Shown here piece by piece: positions 56,582 to 64,000 of a DNA stretch of 64,000 nt; position 1 is the stretch's first letter, and each line of letters starts with the position of its first letter. The notes below the pieces were generated by a model. That model saw nothing but the letters and a program-made list of their open reading frames with translations, was not told where the DNA came from and searched no databases. A program made the translations under genes and the position numbers. Origin of the DNA: a virus (lineage: Duplodnaviria; Heunggongvirae; Uroviricota; Caudoviricetes); the IMG/VR virus record IMGVR_UViG_3300049830_000314; one strand, given 5' to 3'.

Positions 56582-56739
56582 ATTTTGTTCCTCTGAGGTG
56601 ACAACGGAACCACTATCGTTGTGCTGTGTCCTAGTTACCAACACAATTCAAAATAGCTCCTTTTTTGCTTGTCTTGTATATTATACTCTCTTTTTTAAGC
56701 AAATGTTACAAAAGGCGCAAAAATCTGTAGAATCTACTT

Positions 56740-57543
56740 ATGGCTCAAGACACGCTCATAGTTCTTTGCAAGACCCTTAATGATGCTATGATGGCGTCAT
56801 CTCAGCTTGAAAGAAAACATGACCTAAATCGTTTATTCATTTTTTTGGGTAGAAAACCACAGGAAAAAGATTTGAAATGGATGGGCAACACCGACAGTTC
56901 ATTCTCTCTTGAAAGAACACTTGAGTGGAGTCTTAACCCGGAGATAATTGGCATAAGAGCTGGCTTAACTTTCGCAAATGGGTGGGATTTAATCTTTTGC
57001 TGGGCAGACAATTGCCCGACGACAATAGATGTAGATTGGGTGAGAGGCAAGTTGAAGACAGATGGTGTAGCGCGTCTTGCCAATGTATGGGGATTAACTA
57101 GAGACCACTATATTTTACACGGGCTAGGAGAAGACATTCAATTGCTAGCTGATAGCACATCTCATGAATCCAGCGCCATCGTAAATGGACTCAATATTGC
57201 TGATGCTCTTGACGGCAAACCAGTGGGTATCGAAATTGCCATGAAAGTTTTGCAAGAAGTTATTGCGATATCACCCCTTGCTGTTCACGAGTCTGCTTTA
57301 AGAGGCTTAAAATCACTTGTAGAAGCAATAACTAACACTGCGACTTATATTGATGATGTAGCACCAGTTAGCGCCTTAATTGGCGAAGACTGCGATGAAG
57401 CTACGCTCGTGTCTTTAAAACAAAAAATAGCCAACCATGGAACTTTAATCCAGGTGGCTACTATTTTGCCTGCCTATACTTTCAAGCCATACAGAACGAT
57501 TTTGATTACCGATGGTTCAAAAATCGCCCTGTACGGAAAATGA
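56740..57543 (+). CDS. Hypothetical protein
   Basis: ORF track, 267 aa, convergent with thyX-like gene. Confidence 0.7.
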   Translation: MAQDTLIVLCKTLNDAMMASSQLERKHDLNRLFIFLGRKPQEKDLKWMGNTDSSFSLERTLEWSLNPEIIGIRAGLTFANGWDLIFCWADNCPTTIDVDWVRGKLKTDGVARLANVWGLTRDHYILHGLGEDIQLLADSTSHESSAIVNGLNIADALDGKPVGIEIAMKVLQEVIAISPLAVHESALRGLKSLVEAITNTATYIDDVAPVSALIGEDCDEATLVSLKQKIANHGTLIQVATILPAYTFKPYRTILITDGSKIALYGK

Positions 57544-59094
57544 TTATTCTGGTTCTGCTGAACCTTCGATAATTAAGCCTTTTGTTTCCTTGAATTCTTG
57601 GTACCACAAACTAAGTACGCCCTTTAAGTGAGCTGCATAACGATAGTGTGCGCCCATTCCTGTGCGCAACTCAGCTTCGTAAATGAACTTATTAGCCGTA
57701 GTTGTATGCTCAAACGGGAATTGTGTTCCCAAGAAAGTGTCATACATATAACCCCAGTCACCGTTCTTAAAGTTTTCACGAGCTACGGCAGACATATCAT
57801 ATCCCCATCGAGCCAAAGCACTGAGTTCATCACAATTTACCCCACTTGGAACTTGGTCTAACGCTGCATAAAAACCGAGTGGTACTAGTGGACAATATTT
57901 TTCTCCAGTTCTGTGTCGATTTAGGTCGCGAATTTCAGCCATCGCCACTGCGTTCCAGCCAAATCTTACCATAGTTCTTCGAATGGCTTGTCCAAATCGA
58001 GAATATCTGTTCTTTCGATGAGCCATGGCTTGCGGGAAGTCAACTGATGGATTAACGTCTGACGGGTAGTTAACAAAAAGACGAGGAATTGGAGCTGTGG
58101 AACCTGGGAAATCTTCTATGTTCTTAACTGCGTTCCAGATATCATCAACTTTATGTTGCAAGCTTTCATATTCATCAATAATCAAGTCTATAGTTGGCGA
58201 TGATGCCTGAGCGTGCTTAATCATTCGAGGAGTGATAAGAGCCAACTCTGGAAGCAGAATTTCGCCCAATGTGTTAAATTCCTTGTGTGGATTCGAGAGT
58301 AAATCATTTACCAAAGCAACCCATTCTCGCGCTGACATAACCATCATAACATTTGTGGCAGCGCCCATTGGAAGGAAGTATCGCGAACGGTCAAAGACAT
58401 AGTTGCGGCGCATTCTATCAATAACTTTGAGTCCCTTTTCGCTTGTGTCATTTAGCACAGATTCGGGTATTCGCATGACTTCGGGATTATCTGTCGAAAG
58501 CTTTGTCCAAAAATCAACAGACTTTTGATAATTAACAAATCCGTCTTCAACATTTTTTCTCCAAGAAGGGAGTTTGTCCGGGGAAATACCAAGTTGAGTA
58601 TGGTCAATAATTCCGTCAATAGAAATCTTGATATATCGAGTTGAAGATTCTTGCCCGCCAACAACAGAACACATGCTCCAAAGATGATAAGCTAAGTACA
58701 AAGACACATCATCCATGAAAACGGCAACGGGGCACATGTCAGCAATAGATTGATGACCGTAATCAATCATCTTAAAGATTCCATCTACACCTTTATCAAG
58801 ATTAGCTTTTGTTGACTCTGCAAGCTTAGTTGCTAATCGACACAACACTTCCATTTCATCATTGGCATCAAGGCTTTCTAGCCCATCTTCATGACAGCTA
58901 AGCATCCATTCTTCAATAGAATTAATAACACCAGTTCTGGTGCCAAAGTCTATCTTTGAAATGATGGATTCTAAACCTTCATTGTTGCGCGAATATTTAG
59001 CGCCAGTGGCAGCTAACATTTCTGGTGTTAAACATGGGCGACCCGCTTCTACAGCGGCTTCTGTTGGTGCAATACATGCGAGTGTAGCTTTCAT
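57544..59094 (-). CDS. thyX: Flavin-dependent thymidylate synthase-like protein (tandem ThyX domains)
   Basis: GAKYSRN, YGHQSIAD, QESSTRY, DRSRYFLP; second domain EIRDLNRHR, YEAELRT. Confidence 0.75.
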   Translation of the reverse strand: MKATLACIAPTEAAVEAGRPCLTPEMLAATGAKYSRNNEGLESIISKIDFGTRTGVINSIEEWMLSCHEDGLESLDANDEMEVLCRLATKLAESTKANLDKGVDGIFKMIDYGHQSIADMCPVAVFMDDVSLYLAYHLWSMCSVVGGQESSTRYIKISIDGIIDHTQLGISPDKLPSWRKNVEDGFVNYQKSVDFWTKLSTDNPEVMRIPESVLNDTSEKGLKVIDRMRRNYVFDRSRYFLPMGAATNVMMVMSAREWVALVNDLLSNPHKEFNTLGEILLPELALITPRMIKHAQASSPTIDLIIDEYESLQHKVDDIWNAVKNIEDFPGSTAPIPRLFVNYPSDVNPSVDFPQAMAHRKNRYSRFGQAIRRTMVRFGWNAVAMAEIRDLNRHRTGEKYCPLVPLGFYAALDQVPSGVNCDELSALARWGYDMSAVARENFKNGDWGYMYDTFLGTQFPFEHTTTANKFIYEAELRTGMGAHYRYAAHLKGVLSLWYQEFKETKGLIIEGSAEPE

Positions 59095-60110
59095 TAATTT
59101 CCTTTTTCTTTTGCGTGGGTGTCTACGAACGAAATCATATCATCGCACAACAAAGCTGTGCCCATTGTTAACATTTCGGGTGTTAACAACGCGCCAGCGG
59201 CATATGGATGACCACCGCCGCCGTCAAATGTTTTTGCGATATCATTTACGCCAAAGCCTAATTTTGCAATTGCTTCTTTCGTTGTTCTAAATGACAAATT
59301 TTGCTTTTCAACATTGATGAGTCCAACCAAGGTTAATGGATTTTCTTGCAAGAACATGTCGCCAACTTCACTTTGACAGCCTATTGTAAAAGCAGCAACA
59401 ACGGTAATTCCATGTAGTGTTTCAGTTAGCTTGGAAAATTGCGCAAGAGTTTTTGCTTTCTCCACTGATTCGTTAGCAATTCGAATACAGAAATTCATCA
59501 AATCAGAAAAATTCTCTTTGTGTATTCGATTAAACTGCTCCATGAAATGATGGTAGCTTTTCTCAGCTCCAAGCATGGCAATAACAGCAGATAAATCAGT
59601 TCCTTCCTGAACATCATTTATCCACAAATCTCTTGAGCGTGTTGCATTTTTAAGATGAAACAGTTCCGCCTTAAGCTGTGTGTTCTCTTCGTCTGGTAAA
59701 TCAGCATCATAAGAGCAACCGTCAAAAAGAGTTGGTTCAATAAAATCATAAATCAAGTCCGCTGCACATTTTGTTCCATCGGATACAAAATTAATGGTGG
59801 CGAAAGATGAAATAGCATCAACAAAAATTTGAGAATCTGGATGATGGTCGAAAAAATGTAATGTATCTGGTGTGTAAGATGATAGAATGGCGGCTAATTC
59901 TAAGTCTCTGATTGACAAATCTGAAATCCAAAGATGACTGCTATCAACTGATGCTTGCTCTACAACATCGCATACATGGTCGTAATCGGTAAAATATACT
60001 TCGGGTGTTACACCAAATGTACGCTCAACGTAAATTGCTAACAACATCGCGGAAGCCACTCCGTCGAGGTCAGTATGTGACACAATTCTGTGGGTATTGG
60101 GTTGACTCAT
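59094..60110 (-). CDS. DHH/DHHA1 phosphoesterase (NrnA-like)
   Basis: SHTDLDG, ISDLS, FDHH, DLW, GGGGHPYAAG. Confidence 0.88.
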   Translation of the reverse strand: MSQPNTHRIVSHTDLDGVASAMLLAIYVERTFGVTPEVYFTDYDHVCDVVEQASVDSSHLWISDLSIRDLELAAILSSYTPDTLHFFDHHPDSQIFVDAISSFATINFVSDGTKCAADLIYDFIEPTLFDGCSYDADLPDEENTQLKAELFHLKNATRSRDLWINDVQEGTDLSAVIAMLGAEKSYHHFMEQFNRIHKENFSDLMNFCIRIANESVEKAKTLAQFSKLTETLHGITVVAAFTIGCQSEVGDMFLQENPLTLVGLINVEKQNLSFRTTKEAIAKLGFGVNDIAKTFDGGGGHPYAAGALLTPEMLTMGTALLCDDMISFVDTHAKEKGN

Positions 60111-60123
60111 TTTGTTCCTCTTT

Positions 60124-60192
60124 AAATAAAAGAGGGAGCGCCATAGCCCCCCATAGCCTTATAAGCGGAAGATGTCACGCCCTCTTTTATTT
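60124..60192 (-). terminator. Terminator-like long hairpin in the DHH/thyX leader
   Basis: AAATAAAAGAGGG...CCCTCTTTTATTT (13 bp), immediately before SD AAGAGG. Confidence 0.55.
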
Positions 60193-60421
60193 TCTTGGCA
60201 AATCAGTCTTGTTGTCTGTTCGCCATACCGTAAACAGTTTCCTGCCCACTTAAAAACTATACCACATTCAATACGCACAATTCAAAATCGAGGATGTTTT
60301 CGTGGTGTTTTTACATTATACTCCGAGATAACAGGAAATTAACCAGAAATCCAGAAATTATTCAAATAGGTGTAAGACTGATTCATTTCAAAGAAACCAG
60401 TAGGCGCTGAGTGGAAAAATC

Positions 60422-61831
60422 ATGAGCATAGTATCATCTCTAAACCGTCAAAATCGAGTATACACCGTATCGGTGACAACTCCTGTGGCTGACGGGACAT
60501 CAACAATCTTGTACGCAAGTATTGGCAATTTCCCGAACGTAGCCACTATTAAGTCTGTTAAGGCAACATTGAGCACGGGCGCACTTACAAACCCAACTGT
60601 ATCTATTCTAAATAACGGAGCGGCACACAAAATCGCGCCAACTGCAATTTTCACAACTACTGCTGCAAGAGTTGCAACTACTGCTGTCCTACCATCTACT
60701 GCTGCTATTATTTATTCTAATGGCGCTTCTGGTGTTGGAGCCACACTTACTCGTGGTGAAAACGGAGCACTCGGTGTCATTGATGGTGTAACACTTTCTG
60801 TTAGTGACAGAATATTGGTCAAGAACCAAGCAACTGCTTTTCAGAACGGTATTTATACAGTTACTGCTGTTGGTAGCGGTGGTGCTCCGTATGTTTTGAC
60901 ACGAGCCACAGACGCTGACCAAACTTCAACTGAATTAAGATATGGATTAGCAACAACAATCACTGTTGGTACTTTGAATAGCAATAAGAAATTCTTTATG
61001 AATAATACTGCCGCTATCACCGTTGGTACCACTGCTGTAACATTCGCTGAGTACACAGCCTTAGTTGATAGCTTTATTGAAGGTGCTGGAACGGGTGTTG
61101 CGTCGGGACAGGATGCAACAGTTACTTTCACAACTCCTGGGATTAACTGGCAAGACAATAACCACGCAAGCACATTGACACTTGCAGTCTCTATGGCTGG
61201 TGCTATTCCAAGCGGTGGAAAATTTACACTGGATGTTGAATATACTCCTTTACAAGAATTTTCTATTCCTGGTGTTGATGTCACTGGCATTAAAGCCGAT
61301 AATACTTGGAGAGTATTGCGACAGCCTACTGCTGGGAATGCAACAGATTTAAGCGAAGTTGCAAAACAAAATGGCAATCCATATGGCTTGGGCGCTGATA
61401 ACAATAGCTTAAATTTCCTTGCTTTGAGCACCACAACCGACAAAATGTACATTGGTTCGGCAACTACATTTAGTAAATTTTTGGTTCATCCTCATGCGTC
61501 ATACTATATCGCCGCTGGTATTCCACTTACGCTTGAATATTGGAATGGAAGCACTTGGGTGGCTTTGACTCAAGTATTTGACAATACCTCAGACCAACAG
61601 GCAACAGCATCTACCATGTCATATGCTGGAGTTATTTCATTTACTCCACCAACAGACTGGATGGCACAAAAAATTGCTACTGACCCTATGACAGTTTATG
61701 AAAATGGTATTATTGCTGGAACTGAATATCCACCTGGTATGTTCATTAATCCCGCACGATACTTCTTGCGTTTAAGCATTGCAGCTTTGGCTTCGCCATT
61801 GCGTCTTGTAAAACTTGTCCCGATTGTATAA
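60422..61831 (+). CDS. Putative virion structural protein (tail/decoration-type)
   Basis: Thr/Ala/Gly-rich; DRILVKNQATAFQNGIYTV...LTRATDAD motif seen in large-phage fibre proteins; LEYWNGSTW. Confidence 0.65.
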   Translation: MSIVSSLNRQNRVYTVSVTTPVADGTSTILYASIGNFPNVATIKSVKATLSTGALTNPTVSILNNGAAHKIAPTAIFTTTAARVATTAVLPSTAAIIYSNGASGVGATLTRGENGALGVIDGVTLSVSDRILVKNQATAFQNGIYTVTAVGSGGAPYVLTRATDADQTSTELRYGLATTITVGTLNSNKKFFMNNTAAITVGTTAVTFAEYTALVDSFIEGAGTGVASGQDATVTFTTPGINWQDNNHASTLTLAVSMAGAIPSGGKFTLDVEYTPLQEFSIPGVDVTGIKADNTWRVLRQPTAGNATDLSEVAKQNGNPYGLGADNNSLNFLALSTTTDKMYIGSATTFSKFLVHPHASYYIAAGIPLTLEYWNGSTWVALTQVFDNTSDQQATASTMSYAGVISFTPPTDWMAQKIATDPMTVYENGIIAGTEYPPGMFINPARYFLRLSIAALASPLRLVKLVPIV

Positions 61832-61863
61832 ACTTGACATAAAATATGTCATAATAGGTAATC

Positions 61864-62229
61864 ATGATTTACCTAATACATCGTGGCTGGGGCGGAAGAT
61901 ATACTAACTACGTGTCTCAAAATGTAAAAAGCATTTGCCGAATGCGTCGAATGGAATTAACTCCACATTCACCCTCTAACGGCGGCTATAAAGTTGCTGT
62001 TTGCGCATCTGGCGAACCACTCACTGATGCTCATTTGAAAGCTATTTTGGATAACCCTCGGGTGTCATTTTATATTGGCGACTCCAAAGGGTTGCCAGAG
62101 GATGTTGTGAGTGAGGCTGATGAAGTTGTTTCTGTCAGTGAACTCAATATTTATCATCAACTTGAAGCAGCTATTCTAACGGCTTCAGTGGAAAACACAT
62201 TATTGAATAGCGTCACATGTCGTGTATAA
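61864..62229 (+). CDS. RlmH-like SPOUT methyltransferase (minimal)
   Basis: SFYIGDSKGL...ADEVVSVSELNIYHQL. Confidence 0.6.
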   Translation: MIYLIHRGWGGRYTNYVSQNVKSICRMRRMELTPHSPSNGGYKVAVCASGEPLTDAHLKAILDNPRVSFYIGDSKGLPEDVVSEADEVVSVSELNIYHQLEAAILTASVENTLLNSVTCRV

Positions 62230-62239
62230 AGGAGATGTC

Positions 62240-62692
62240 ATGTCAAAAGAAGTCCAAATCGTAGAATTATCCCCAGACCAGATTCAACAAATGTTAAACA
62301 CGCAAGCCCAACTGACAGAAAAAGCAGTCTTGGAGCAAAAAGCCCAAAGCGAAGCAATGGAACAAGCTATTCTTAATATGACGCCCAGCGAAATTTCCGA
62401 CTACTTATCAGACCATTTATCGCAATCTAGTGTCATCATTGAAGCTACAAACATTGTCAGTGAATTTAATCTTCACGATGCTATTTTTATTGCCGCTCTT
62501 AACAGAACTCGAAACGGATTAGATGCCGCACTTTCATGGATAGAAAATCATTTTTCTCTTAATGAATTGCAGGCTGAAGATACCAAAAATGAGAATGAAA
62601 CAGAGTCGCCCAAACAACAAAAACAGGGTAAACGAATCGTCTACGGTAAGAACTCAAAAAGTAACACCGCAGATGAATCAGAGCAACTATGA
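62240..62692 (+). CDS. Hypothetical protein (start revised to MSKEV)
   Basis: SD AAGGAG upstream. Confidence 0.7.
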   Translation: MSKEVQIVELSPDQIQQMLNTQAQLTEKAVLEQKAQSEAMEQAILNMTPSEISDYLSDHLSQSSVIIEATNIVSEFNLHDAIFIAALNRTRNGLDAALSWIENHFSLNELQAEDTKNENETESPKQQKQGKRIVYGKNSKSNTADESEQL

Positions 62693-63054
62693 GCTTCACA
62701 GAAATCACTTCTTTCGAGGATGAATTCATAAGCAGGGTTAAAGAAAACCTGCCAAAAGAATTTAATATCAAAGACTTGACAGTTCTATCAAACGGACTGG
62801 TGTTGATGCCAAATTCCACTACACAAAAACAGGGATATCGCCCATTGGGTTGCCCTGAATGTCTTGGTGTTAAAGTATCACAAAATTCTGAAGGATATCC
62901 AGCTATCGGAAATAAAAAACTGCTTACGCCTGAAGAGGCTAATCATCCAATTAACAACATCTCACCAGAATTGGTAACGAATCTGTGGTTGTGTCCAAAT
63001 TGTAAAATTCCCATATCAGCGTTATTACCTGAGTTCGATTTATCTGCTTTGTAG
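62689..63054 (+). CDS. Hypothetical Zn-ribbon protein
   Basis: CPEC...CPNC; ATGA overlap. Confidence 0.7.
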   Translation: MSFTEITSFEDEFISRVKENLPKEFNIKDLTVLSNGLVLMPNSTTQKQGYRPLGCPECLGVKVSQNSEGYPAIGNKKLLTPEEANHPINNISPELVTNLWLCPNCKIPISALLPEFDLSAL

Positions 63055-63078
63055 TTTGGTGATTTATGGAGAACAACT

Positions 63079-63288
63079 ATGCAACTCAGTACAAGATGGC
63101 TTCAGCACTTAAAGTCCCTACCCAAAAATCGAAGTGGATTTCACGATGTAGTGGTATTTTACCAAGATGGCGATAAACAAAAAATCGCAAGGGCGGCGGT
63201 GTGGAAGGATGGAACCTTGCAAACGGTAATCCCAGAGTCGTTTTCAGAGCGACAAATCACCAATATCAAAGCTGAATTCTATGCTTGA
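63079..63288 (+). CDS. Hypothetical protein
   Basis: SD GGAG; ORF track. Confidence 0.6.
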   Translation: MQLSTRWLQHLKSLPKNRSGFHDVVVFYQDGDKQKIARAAVWKDGTLQTVIPESFSERQITNIKAEFYA

Positions 63289-63313
63289 TAAATAGCCCGA
63301 AAGGGCTATTTTA

Positions 63314-64000
63314 CTATACAGTCGCAAGCATTCTACTCTTAATGACTTCATTAAGAGTAGAGACAAACAAGTTGGGGTCAAGTTTATACAATCCAGCGCA
63401 ACTAATCGGATTCACTTCAAGGAAGAACAAATTACCTTGAGATTCACACACATCAAAAATGAAGGCATCATCAGGTGCAAAGCCCTCGGTACAAGCTGTT
63501 TCTGCAAAATCAATAACGTTTTGAGGAACATCTTGAGTTCTGATTGACTGACCGCGATTGCGATATTGACTTCCAGTAACGAACTTGCCATTGGCAATCA
63601 TAAGCCTGTATTCAGCATCAATCTTGAATGCATTAGCAACCAAACACATTGAAGTTGGTGTACTGTATTCACTAAGATACACATATTCTTTTTCAAAGAA
63701 TTTTTTATAATCTTCCACCACCTGGCCGGCAAACAATTTATCAGCGCCGTCTGGACGAGTGAATAAACACTCACTGTCAAAACTCTTTTGAAGAAATGGC
63801 CAAAGGCGCTCTAAATCTCCGAATGGAACAAAGACATGCTCAGAGCTTAACATCTTATCTCCGAGTTGAGAATAGAACGCCGAACAGCGATAGTTTGGAA
63901 AATTACCGATGATTCCCGGATTCCAGATATTGCGTTCTTGGATAGCCTTAGCTACTTGAATAGAACCATAGAAGAATACACATTCTCCAGCGGGGAAGTG
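63314..64000 (-). CDS. ATP-grasp protein, R2K family (5' end beyond window)
   Basis: Frame open to 64000 (FFYGSIQ...); FTRPDGADKLFAGQV, EYRLMI, FIFDV, LEVN. Confidence 0.8.
   Translation of the reverse strand, partial: HFPAGECVFFYGSIQVAKAIQERNIWNPGIIGNFPNYRCSAFYSQLGDKMLSSEHVFVPFGDLERLWPFLQKSFDSECLFTRPDGADKLFAGQVVEDYKKFFEKEYVYLSEYSTPTSMCLVANAFKIDAEYRLMIANGKFVTGSQYRNRGQSIRTQDVPQNVIDFAETACTEGFAPDDAFIFDVCESQGNLFFLEVNPISCAGLYKLDPNLFVSTLNEVIKSRMLATV

Noticed and set aside
60215-60240. ZTP (pfl) riboswitch from TGGCGAACAG
   Set aside because: Only this fragment matches; the 3' CGCCCGCCTGGGC-type hairpin is absent.
1-64000. tRNA genes and CRISPR arrays
   Set aside because: No complete cloverleaf other than the tmRNA tRNA-like domain and no repeat-spacer array found by eye; a tRNAscan run could still reveal atypical ones.

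Overview
AT-rich, gene-dense 64-kb segment, mostly on the minus strand, best explained as part of a very large (jumbo/huge) bacteriophage genome. No capsid or terminase gene lies in the window, so this assignment is inferred from the gene mix: GroEL/ES, tmRNA, ArgRS, RuvB, DNA ligase, RtcB, homing endonucleases, many small orphans and one virion-like protein. Two prepilin/H-X9-DG proteins and an OmpA domain point to a diderm host, most likely Armatimonadota (PVC also possible). Standard code 11 fits. Highlights: (1) an IMPDH/GMPR gene fractured by a naturally split intein, with a Vsr-like endonuclease between the halves; (2) a minimal serpin-fold protein; (3) a six-gene ABC transporter/OmpA envelope module; (4) a class II cobalamin riboswitch in front of a pilin-like gene; (5) a tmRNA whose 3' end is echoed by three stacked remnants on the far side of an HNH gene; (6) an unassigned structured RNA; (7) a DndB/DGQHR-like plus EcoRI-like nuclease gene pair; (8) a recurrent TTCCTCA-N16-18-GTAnAn promoter placed about 4 nt before start codons (leaderless mRNAs), plausibly read by the encoded sigma factor; (9) ADP-ribose erasure, NAD salvage and RNA-repair genes. 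All family calls are by-eye motif recognition, not database searches.
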